A stretch of 15,237 nucleotides of DNA. Source: Oligoflexales bacterium (GTDB taxonomy: Bacteria; Bdellovibrionota_B; Oligoflexia; Oligoflexales; CAIYRB01). The stretch lies in assembly GCA_041736175.1 (NCBI GenBank), contig JBGSUI010000060.1, positions 1-15,237 on the forward strand, written 5' to 3'. Below, piece after piece: positions 7,331 to 15,237 of this stretch. Position numbers and translations under genes: made by a program. Within the stretch, counting starts at the first letter, position 1. Every line of letters starts with the position of its first letter. The notes under the pieces are model-generated. The model was given only the letters and a program-made list of their open reading frames with translations, was not told where the DNA came from and made no database searches.

Positions 7331-9343
7331 GTGAGTCATCAACAAGATATCCAAGCAGTGAACATGTTTAAGGGCCTTGTGATCGATGCGGTGCATAAAG
7401 CCCAAAGCGGCCATCCAGGGGGCCCCCTGTCCAGCTTGGATTTGGCCTATATTCTCTATAAGGAATACTTGACCTTTGATCCCCAGGACCCCAAGTGGAT
7501 GGGCCGTGACCGGTTTATCCTAAGCGCTGGTCATATGTCGATGCTCCAGTATGCCATGCTGTTTGGGACCGGCTGGTTAACGTTAGATGACCTTAAAGCT
7601 TTTCGCCAATGGCATTCAAAAACCCCGGGTCATCCAGAAAACTTTGCAACCCCTGGCGTGGAATGCACCACTGGTCCCCTCGGCCAAGGGTGTGCCATGT
7701 CCCTAGGATTTGCCATGGCTGCCGCCCATCACGGTGCGGTTTTAGGAAAAAACCTATTCTCCCAAAAAACCTGGGTCCTATGCAGTGACGGCGACCTCCA
7801 AGAGGGCGTCGCCCTCGGGAGTGCGTCTCTGGCGGGCCACCTGGGTCTTTCTAATCTCATATGGGTTTATGATAAAAACTATGTGCAGCTCTCTGGCCCC
7901 ACTCGAAAGGTGGTTTCTGACAACGACGCCCAGGTGTTTGCGGGTTTTGGATGGCATGTGATCTCAATCGATGGCCATGACCATGACCAAATCCGCAAGG
8001 CCTACCAGGAAGCTCTCCAGCAAGACCAGAAACCCACCATCATCATCGCCCATACGGTCATCGGCAAGGGCTGTGCGACGATGGAAGACAGCTCAAAGAC
8101 CCACGGTTCACCTCTCCCACCAGAGGAAAGGCTTAAAACCAAGGAAAAACTCGGTCTCCCCATGGACCAAGACTTTTTTGTAGACCCTGACAGGATCGCC
8201 ACCTTTAGGAGCCGGTTTCCCCAGCTTCAGACCAAGGCAGCCCAATGGAAAGCCGATTTCGCGCAGCGTTATAAACAGGATTCTAGTTTTGCTCAAGAGT
8301 GGGACGCTCGGTTTAAGACGATCAAACCTGACACCATGCCGGCGGTGCCTTGGAACCTTAAAGACCCCATCGCTACCCGCAATGCCTTTGGCGATATCAT
8401 CAAACATTGGGCCCATACCCTTAAACCGCTTATAGGCGGCAGCGCCGATTTAGAGCCTTCTAATATGACGGGGGCCTTTGCAAAGGCTGTGGGAGATTTC
8501 GATCGTGAGAGCCGTGCCGGTCGCAATATCAACTTTGGGGTCCGGGAATTTCCCATGTCAGCCATCAGCAATGGTATGGCCCTCTTTGGTGGATTGGTTC
8601 CCTTTGACGCGACGTTTTTATCCTTTGCCGATTATTCAAGACCCGCTCTGCGACTCGGTGCGTTACAGAAGGTACGCGTGATTCACGAGTTTACCCACGA
8701 CTCCTTTTATCTAGGAGAGGATGGCCCCACTCACCAGCCCATCGAGCAGGTCATGTCTCTACGGATGATCCCTGACCTCTATGTGATGCGCCCCGCCGAT
8801 CCCCAAGAGACCGAAGTCCTAATGCGGGTGGCTGTGACTTTAGATTTTCCCAGTGCTTTCTGTTTAACTAGACAAAAAGTCCCTTATTTAGACCTAGAGC
8901 CCCAGGCCCTGGCCGCTGCCGCTAAGGGAGCCTATGTGGTGTGGGAGTCTCCAGCTTTGGTTAAGGCAACCCAAACCATCCCTGATTTGATCCTGATCGG
9001 GACGGGAAGCGAAGTTTCCCTGGCCCTTGCTGCTGCCCGGCACCTCTCGGGAGAGGGGCCGGGAACTCTTAAAAAAATCCGCGTGATTTCTATGCCCTGC
9101 TGGGAACTTTTCGAAGCGCAACCCCTTACCTATCGCTCCGACCTTTTGCCTGCCGGGACCACTAAAAGGGTTGCTATTGAAGCGGGAACCACCTTGGGTT
9201 GGGCCAAATATACGGGCAGCCAGGGTCTGGTGATCGGGATTGACCATTATGGGGCCAGCGCTCCTGCAGAAAAGCTTGCTGAGGAGTATGGGTTTACATC
9301 AGAAAAAGTCCTTAAAAGGATCCAGCAGTATCTCGGAGTCTAA
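7331..9343 (+). CDS. tkt: Transketolase
   Basis: SGHPG, RDRFILSAGH, TPGHPE, TTGPLGQG, TPP motif SDGDLQEG, GGSADL, FGVREF, THDSFYLGEDGPTHQP. GGAGG at 7322-7326 precedes GTG at 7331. Confidence 0.97.
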   Translation: MSHQQDIQAVNMFKGLVIDAVHKAQSGHPGGPLSSLDLAYILYKEYLTFDPQDPKWMGRDRFILSAGHMSMLQYAMLFGTGWLTLDDLKAFRQWHSKTPGHPENFATPGVECTTGPLGQGCAMSLGFAMAAAHHGAVLGKNLFSQKTWVLCSDGDLQEGVALGSASLAGHLGLSNLIWVYDKNYVQLSGPTRKVVSDNDAQVFAGFGWHVISIDGHDHDQIRKAYQEALQQDQKPTIIIAHTVIGKGCATMEDSSKTHGSPLPPEERLKTKEKLGLPMDQDFFVDPDRIATFRSRFPQLQTKAAQWKADFAQRYKQDSSFAQEWDARFKTIKPDTMPAVPWNLKDPIATRNAFGDIIKHWAHTLKPLIGGSADLEPSNMTGAFAKAVGDFDRESRAGRNINFGVREFPMSAISNGMALFGGLVPFDATFLSFADYSRPALRLGALQKVRVIHEFTHDSFYLGEDGPTHQPIEQVMSLRMIPDLYVMRPADPQETEVLMRVAVTLDFPSAFCLTRQKVPYLDLEPQALAAAAKGAYVVWESPALVKATQTIPDLILIGTGSEVSLALAAARHLSGEGPGTLKKIRVISMPCWELFEAQPLTYRSDLLPAGTTKRVAIEAGTTLGWAKYTGSQGLVIGIDHYGASAPAEKLAEEYGFTSEKVLKRIQQYLGV

Positions 9344-9381
9344 AGAGGACCATGGTGGCCAAGCATTTTCGACGTAACAAA

Positions 9382-10629
9382 TTAAAGCAAACCCAACATC
9401 CATAAAGGGATGATGTTTGCCTGTGACGAAACATCGATGTCATCTTTAACGATGTAGCTATTATCGATACCACGGATCTGTTTGGTCGATTTATTTTTAC
9501 CTCCGACCTCAAAAACGGTTTCTTCATTCACGAGAAAGTCGCCTTTGTCAGCACTACGCACGGTTTGGCCAGATAGTGTAAGCGCATTGAGTGCAAAAAT
9601 TTCCCTTACACATCCCATATCAGGGAGGTTTTGCAATGCAAAGGCGTAGTATAAGTTGGAATTGGCAAGATAGATTTTTTCGGGCTTTTTAAGCTCTTTT
9701 ATTCTGGATGGATAGAGAGAGCGCACGATTCCAATGGTTTCAAGGATGGCTAAATACTGTTTAAGGGTTTTGAGCTGAGGAATTTCGAGGATCTGCTGCA
9801 AATCTGTATAATTTACTGTGTACGGAACATTCTTTGATAGCACGAGCAGCAGACTTTGAATTTTGCGAACGGAGACCGGGCTGATCTTTTCGGTGATCAC
9901 CAGATCTTTTTGCAGACTTGCCTCGACCGATTGCACCAAAGTCTTAAAAAACAGTGCTCGGTTATTGAAACTTAAGTGATAAATATAATATCCTGTTTGC
10001 AAATAATCATGAAACAAACCAAGAATGGGAGCGGGTTGTTCCCTTTTCACATCATGGGCTATGGTCTGATGTCCTGTTAAAAGATCGTTTAAATCCACCT
10101 TAGGAAGCTCTATTCGTCGGACTATTTTCAGGTATTCGCGAAAGCTCATTCCATGAAGGGTGTACTCGACAACCCGCCGGGAAAGACCGCTCACGCCTCC
10201 ACGTAGATCGAGTAACGAGCTGCCAGTGACAATAACTTTCAGGCCTTTTAAAGTATCCGCAATGGTTTTTAGGTCGATATCCCACCTTGTATAATAGTGA
10301 GCTTCGTCAAAAACAATCAGCTCTCCACCCTCACGCTTGAAGGCTTTTGCCAAATCATACATTCCATATCCTGAGATGGGCGTATGATCCATACTGACGT
10401 ATAAAACCTTGCTAAAAAAATCTTCATTCATGGGATAAACACGCAAAGCAAACTGCTTGCTTAACACGGTCTTCCCCACACCTTTTTCTCCAAGGAGCAA
10501 GGAACACCCAGCCGCCAGAAAATGGGTATCGGCTAGAATTTCACGGGAGGTGGTTATGTGGTTGATCTCATCAAAGCGCTCTCTGCTGTAATATCGTAGG
10601 TCATTTAGATCAGAGAAACCGATTTCCAT
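9382..10629 (-). CDS. AAA_14 / DUF4143-type AAA+ ATPase (COG1373-like)
   Basis: Walker A GEKGVGKT, Walker B IVFDEAH, TGSS, MSFREYL, KIYLAN, and C-terminal GDFLV...FEVGGKNK...IPLWMLG. Start is uncertain (ATG at 10629, 10641 or 10701). Confidence 0.9.
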   Translation of the reverse strand: MEIGFSDLNDLRYYSRERFDEINHITTSREILADTHFLAAGCSLLLGEKGVGKTVLSKQFALRVYPMNEDFFSKVLYVSMDHTPISGYGMYDLAKAFKREGGELIVFDEAHYYTRWDIDLKTIADTLKGLKVIVTGSSLLDLRGGVSGLSRRVVEYTLHGMSFREYLKIVRRIELPKVDLNDLLTGHQTIAHDVKREQPAPILGLFHDYLQTGYYIYHLSFNNRALFFKTLVQSVEASLQKDLVITEKISPVSVRKIQSLLLVLSKNVPYTVNYTDLQQILEIPQLKTLKQYLAILETIGIVRSLYPSRIKELKKPEKIYLANSNLYYAFALQNLPDMGCVREIFALNALTLSGQTVRSADKGDFLVNEETVFEVGGKNKSTKQIRGIDNSYIVKDDIDVSSQANIIPLWMLGLL

Positions 10630-10661
10630 ATTTAATACCATGTATTTATTGGATATTTTAT

Positions 10662-10685
10662 ATTTAGGTATTTGGATACCTAAAT
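10662..10685. promoter_or_regulatory. Perfect 10-bp inverted repeat, candidate operator upstream of the ATPase
   Basis: ATTTAGGTAT-TTGG-ATACCTAAAT, set in an AT-rich tract 33-56 nt upstream of the ATG at 10629. Confidence 0.5.
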
Positions 10686-10933
10686 TTGCTACGCTTTTCA
10701 TTATTAGGATACAATAATACTGGACAAGAGTCCATGAACGATGTCCTAGAACTCGGAATGTCTTAGTTCCTTTATGTAAATAGTCATTTTTTAGTTATAT
10801 TTTTAGGTGTTTTTGCCCTTTCCTTTCAGAGAGTCAGGCTAGAGTCCAAAGATCGTCTAAGACTGCTCCGCTAACCCCTCCCCTCTTTCAGACCGATACC
10901 TCCATAGGTTTCTAATTACCATTGGAGATAACC

Positions 10934-13255
10934 ATGGTCACCACCGGCCCATTTCGAGAAATCATAGAAATTGAGGAGTTTCAGGAGCTAAAAACTCTCT
11001 TTGACTCCTGTCCGGATCTATTTTGCATCGCAAACAAAGAAGGCTATTTTATACGCCTCAACCCCTCCTGGTCCAGGATCCTCGGCTACTCCCAGGACTT
11101 CCTATTAGCGAGGCCTTTTATTGATCTTGTCCATCCCGACGACGTCGAAGCGACTCTCAAAGAAACAAGCTGCCTATCCAGCGAGTCCCACACAACGATC
11201 TCCTTCGAAAATCGCTACCGAAAAAGCGACAACACCTATATTTGGCTAACATGGAGCGCTAGCTGCCATAAGGGTAAGATCTTTGCGTTTGCTAAAGACA
11301 TCACAGGCATCAAACGCAATGAGACGTTTCTAGCCACCATCCAAGGCCAAGCAAAAATCGGTGGTTGGACGCTAAACACATCCGACTATACCACCACATG
11401 GACTGAAGAAACCTACCACATTCACGATCTCCCCTTGAATACTCCCACCAATGCCGCGGGCGGTATCGAATTCTACCATCCTGAATATCGGGACAAAATC
11501 CGCAACTATGTCAAAGACTGTATTGAGAAAAAATTGGCCTATGACGATATATTTAAGTTTATCACAGCAACCGGACGCCAGCTTTGGGTCAGGGTGACGG
11601 GCTATCCGATTGTGGACATTACCGACAAGGTCACTCATTTAATGGGAACCTTTCAGGACGTGACCAACCTCAAAACCCTTACGGACGAATTGGCAAAGAC
11701 TACGGTACAGTTTGCCGATGTTCTCACCAACTCACCAGGGATGGTCTATCAATTTCGTATGGAGCCCGATGGGACCATGTTTTTCCCCTACTCGAGCCCC
11801 CAGACCTTCGAAATCTACGAAATTGAACCTGAGCAATTTAAAAAGGACCCGTCACTGATGCTGAAAATGGCTCATCCTGACGATCAAAAGGGACTCCAAG
11901 AAAGCATCGTTTCTTCTGCCGAAACCCTTAAGGGCTTTGAATGGAATGGACGCATCATCACATCTTCCGGCAAGTTGAAATGGATCAAAGCCAAAAGCAC
12001 CCCCCGCAAACTCGAATCCGGATCAATCCTCTGGAACGGCATCGTCGTCGACATCACCAAAGAAAAGGAATTAGAAAAAAGCCTCGAGGAACAGCGCTGT
12101 ATCGCCGAACACTCAGCCCGCCTTGCCTCCCTGGGAGAGCTCGCGGCGGGTGTGGGCCATGAAATCAATAATCCACTGACCATCGTCATGGGCGGTCTTG
12201 TAAAGGTAAACCGCGAAATGGACAAACTCAGTATCACCTATTCGCCCCTGCGTGATACCATCCGTAAGATCGAGGCAGGCTGCGAACGTATCAGAAAAAT
12301 TGTCTTAGGTCTGAAAAGCCTCGCCTATACTAACGATTCAGATGTTACCATTCAGTCCAGAGAAGACCAGTCCACTGATCTTTTCGAGGCTCTCAAAATC
12401 ACGGTAGATCTTGTCGATGAGATCTACGCCAAAGAGGGAATCGTCATCAATCTTCAACAAAAGAAGGAGGGCATGGCCGTACGCTGTTCCACCACACATG
12501 TGCAACAGATCATCATGAATCTCCTATCCAATGCAAAGGATGCCTGCCTCACCTCTGCGAACCCTCATATAGAAGTGAGTCTTAAGGATGCTGGCCACTC
12601 TTGGACGGTCAGCGTTGCTGATAACGGCAACGGCATTTCCCCAGACCATAGGGAAAAGCTTTTCTCGGCCTTTTTTACTACGAAAGCCGTCGGCAAGGGA
12701 ACCGGGCTAGGGCTGGCGATTTCTAAGTCGATCGTTGAGTCCTATGGTGGAAAGATATATTTTGAATCCAATCCCGCGGGTACCGTTTTTCACGTGGATT
12801 TCCCCAAAAATAAACGGGCTCCCAACCCCCCTCAGCCGATTGACAAACCCATGGATTTCCTTCCTGAGCACCTTGATGTGCTCGTCGTTGATGACGAAAG
12901 GGAAATCTGCGATCTACTCGCTGATCACCTGCAATACTATCAATGCAAAGTTGCTATGGCCGAAGACGCTCAGACGGCGTTGAGCTTGATTAAGCAGAAA
13001 AAGTTTGATCTCATTATCACAGACGTCAAAATGCCAGGCATGGACGGCATTAGCCTCCTTAAGGAAATCACCTCTAAAAACCTTGCCGAAAACGCTACCA
13101 AAGTTATTCTCACAGGTGGCATAAGCGACGATACTGCAAAAGCCGCACATAAGTTTCTTTTGGCGAATGTAGATGGTATTTTAAATAAACCCTTCACCCC
13201 AACGGAGCTTTTTGGAATCGTCCAGCGTGCCTCCCATAAGAAACGAGTGGCCTAA
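10934..13255 (+). CDS. Cytoplasmic hybrid sensor histidine kinase (3 PAS, HisKA, HATPase, receiver)
   Basis: PAS/PAC signatures VHPDD, YHPEY, AHPDD; H-box GHEINNPL; N-box NLLSNAKDA; DNGNG; FFTTK; GTGLGL; receiver VVDD, TDVKMPGMDG, KPF. GGAG at 10924-10927 precedes ATG 10934. No TM segment evident. Confidence 0.95.
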   Translation: MVTTGPFREIIEIEEFQELKTLFDSCPDLFCIANKEGYFIRLNPSWSRILGYSQDFLLARPFIDLVHPDDVEATLKETSCLSSESHTTISFENRYRKSDNTYIWLTWSASCHKGKIFAFAKDITGIKRNETFLATIQGQAKIGGWTLNTSDYTTTWTEETYHIHDLPLNTPTNAAGGIEFYHPEYRDKIRNYVKDCIEKKLAYDDIFKFITATGRQLWVRVTGYPIVDITDKVTHLMGTFQDVTNLKTLTDELAKTTVQFADVLTNSPGMVYQFRMEPDGTMFFPYSSPQTFEIYEIEPEQFKKDPSLMLKMAHPDDQKGLQESIVSSAETLKGFEWNGRIITSSGKLKWIKAKSTPRKLESGSILWNGIVVDITKEKELEKSLEEQRCIAEHSARLASLGELAAGVGHEINNPLTIVMGGLVKVNREMDKLSITYSPLRDTIRKIEAGCERIRKIVLGLKSLAYTNDSDVTIQSREDQSTDLFEALKITVDLVDEIYAKEGIVINLQQKKEGMAVRCSTTHVQQIIMNLLSNAKDACLTSANPHIEVSLKDAGHSWTVSVADNGNGISPDHREKLFSAFFTTKAVGKGTGLGLAISKSIVESYGGKIYFESNPAGTVFHVDFPKNKRAPNPPQPIDKPMDFLPEHLDVLVVDDEREICDLLADHLQYYQCKVAMAEDAQTALSLIKQKKFDLIITDVKMPGMDGISLLKEITSKNLAENATKVILTGGISDDTAKAAHKFLLANVDGILNKPFTPTELFGIVQRASHKKRVA

Positions 13256-13288
13256 GATCTCTCACACCAGCCATCCTGGGATCCTCCT

Positions 13289-14281
13289 ATGCCCCCAAAA
13301 CCTGAACTTAACATTCCCGTGATCGACGTGACCGACTGTCTCCAGGATGCGAGTCGCCGCACCTTAGAAGCCAAGAGGCTTTATAAAGCATGCACCGAAT
13401 ATGGCTTTTTTTATATCGTCGGCCACGGGATCAAGTCGACTTTAGTCGATCGGCTCCAGGCTTTGAGTCGCGATTTTTTTAGCCTCCCCCTCGAAGCCAA
13501 GATGCAGCTCCGGATGGAACTCGGGGGCCAGGCATGGCGTGGGTATTTTCCAGTGGGTGGCGAGCTGACTTCCGGCCAACCGGATCTCAAGGAAGGGCTT
13601 TATTTTGGCCAGGAACTCGCTCCAGATCACCCCCTCGTCAGCGCAGGCACTCCCCTCCATGGAGCTAATTTGTTTCCTTCCATCGTCGGATTTAAAGAAA
13701 CAGTCTTGGCCTATATGGATCAGGTCACCGCGTTAGGCCATCTTCTAATGCGCCTCGTGGCTCTGAGCCTTAATCTCAACTAAGATTACTTTGAGACCCT
13801 ATACACCAAAGACCCCCTGATCCTGTTTCGAATTTTTCACTATCCTGCGGGCTCTGATCCCAAAGCATCCTGGGGAGTGGGCGAGCACACGGATTACGGG
13901 GTCCTAACCATCCTGAAACAAGACGACTGTGGCGGTCTACAGGTCAAGACGGGGTCAGGCTGGATCGAGGCCCCGCCCCTTGCGGATTCCTTTGTTTGCA
14001 ACATCGGCGACATGCTCGACCGTTTAACGGGCGGCGTTTATCGCTCGACACCGCATCGTGTCCGCAATGTCAGCGGCAAGAGCCGCATCTCATTTCCGTT
14101 CTTCTTCGATCCAGGCTGGAACGCCGAGATCGTGCCGCTGCCCGCTCACGCCGGCGCGAGCGATGACAGCAATGAGCGCTGGGATCAGGCCAACGTGCAT
14201 ACGTTTACCGGCACGTACGGCGATTACCTGATGAGCAAAGTCTCGAAAGTGTTTCCCGATCTAGCGCGCGACGTCGTCTAG
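13289..14281 (+). pseudogene. Isopenicillin N synthase-like 2OG-Fe(II) dioxygenase with one in-frame TAA (13781-13783)
   Basis: DIOX_N motifs IPVID, GFFYIVGHG, FFSLP, RGY. After the TAA the same frame continues [21 protein letters not shown]...GEHTDYG (HxD), GGLQV, NIGDML, STPHRV, RISFPFF. The two track ORFs are in one frame. Confidence 0.9.
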
Positions 14282-15030
14282 ACGCCGCGCTTTTGCCCGA
14301 ACAAATGGATGTGCAGGCGGTCACTGTAGTTGAAGCCGTGCGCGATTGTCGCTTCGATCAATCTCGGGCCGCGCGCTTGGATGGCTTCTGAACTTGTACC
14401 TTCTGGCATGATGTAAACGCGTTGCACGGGGAAGCCGTACTGGCGCGCAATTGCGGCCGCGGCGCCGACGTCGGCTGCATCTTTGCAAACGAACTTCAGC
14501 GCCGCCGACGTCATCGCCGCATAACGACGGAGCGCGTCGGATTTCAGCGCGAGAGCTGTGTCATTGCCCGAATGCGCCAACTTTGGCGAGACGACAAAGG
14601 TATCGATGCGATCAATCAGAGCATCGCTAGGTGCGATAGAGCCGTTGGTCTCGATCTCAATCAAAGCGTGATGATCGTGTTCGCGGAGCGCGTCGATCAT
14701 CTCGACGATGGCGTCTGGTTGTAGAAGCGGTTCACCGCCCGTGATGACGACGCCCTCGCTCGGCAGCGCGAGAATGCGATCGGCGGTTTCGACAGCGCTG
14801 AGTTTGATCATCTCACGGCCTGGATCGAATTTTGCGCCGCTCTGGTGCGCGAAGGGCGTGCCAGTCCAATTCCAAGTGTAAGCCGTATCGCACCAGACGC
14901 AGTGCAAATTGCAGCCAGAGAGGCGCACGAACGTGCGCGGCCGTCCGATAGCGGGGCCTTCACCCTGAATGGAGCGGAAGATTTCGGGTTCGCCGTGATC
15001 GTTGCGTGCGAGCTTGAGCATGGCGCTCAT
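14278..15030 (-). CDS. queE: 7-carboxy-7-deazaguanine synthase (radical SAM)
   Basis: [26 protein letters not shown] (CxxxCxxC), [21 protein letters not shown]. Start is ATG 15030 (ATGA overlap with the upstream stop) or 15021. Confidence 0.92.
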   Translation of the reverse strand: MSAMLKLARNDHGEPEIFRSIQGEGPAIGRPRTFVRLSGCNLHCVWCDTAYTWNWTGTPFAHQSGAKFDPGREMIKLSAVETADRILALPSEGVVITGGEPLLQPDAIVEMIDALREHDHHALIEIETNGSIAPSDALIDRIDTFVVSPKLAHSGNDTALALKSDALRRYAAMTSAALKFVCKDAADVGAAAAIARQYGFPVQRVYIMPEGTSSEAIQARGPRLIEATIAHGFNYSDRLHIHLFGQKRGV

Positions 15031-15236
15031 CGCGCTGGCATCATCTCCACCAGCGCGCCACCGACCGCCATGGCGATCTGTGGGAAGACATCGCGAAGCG
15101 TACTGTCGATGCTGGTGTAAAGCGGGTTGGCCGGCGAGAGCGGGCCGATGCGCAGCGTAAGTCCCGGCGCGACGCTTGCGCCCGCATGCTGCACGAGTGC
15201 TGTCAGGATCGGCAGGTGCGAACCCCCGCCTGCAAG
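15027..15236 (-). CDS. C-terminal end of an Hsp70/actin-like ATPase-fold protein (partial, runs off the window; not in the ORF track)
   Basis: Manual translation: [69 protein letters not shown]. It contains an adenosine-type motif LAGGGSxLP and a connect-2-like P..AMAVGGAL. Its TGA overlaps the queE ATG. Confidence 0.7.
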   Translation of the reverse strand, partial: LAGGGSHLPILTALVQHAGASVAPGLTLRIGPLSPANPLYTSIDSTLRDVFPQIAMAVGGALVEMMPAR

Positions 15237-15237
15237 C

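Noticed and set aside
13781..13783. Programmed readthrough, Sec/Pyl insertion or alternative genetic code
   Set aside because: The codon is TAA rather than TGA or TAG, it is at a non-catalytic position, and TAA terminates neighbouring genes.
183..15120. Numerous 60-160 aa alternative-frame and antisense ORFs in the track
   Set aside because: Each overlaps a well-supported gene and has no recognisable motifs; they are treated as shadow ORFs.

Overview
Bacterial window of mostly ordinary genes with several structural anomalies. Left edge (1-138): right end and omega-RNA scaffold of an IS200/IS605-family (TnpB) element. It is fused directly to the 3' part of a CvaB/RaxB-type peptide-export ABC transporter, which resumes mid-motif at K-R-H-I-G-D (139). 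Next come a very large class A PBP on the minus strand with a ~265-aa insertion in its transpeptidase domain, and a divergent intergenic region with phased 11-bp repeats. These are followed by an HtrA/DegP-family protease, a PlsC-like acyltransferase, transketolase, an AT-rich AAA_14/DUF4143 ATPase with a perfect upstream palindrome, and a cytoplasmic 3xPAS hybrid histidine kinase. An isopenicillin N synthase-like 2OG-Fe(II) oxygenase is broken by one in-frame TAA. Inside that gene (~14.0 kb) the composition switches to clearly higher-GC DNA carrying queE and the 3' end of an Hsp70/actin-fold gene absent from the ORF track, suggesting a chimeric assembly or recombination junction. No rRNA, tRNA or CRISPR array seen. 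I cannot support a wholly new multi-gene system; the best leads are the TnpB insertion, the PBP insertion domain and the composition break.
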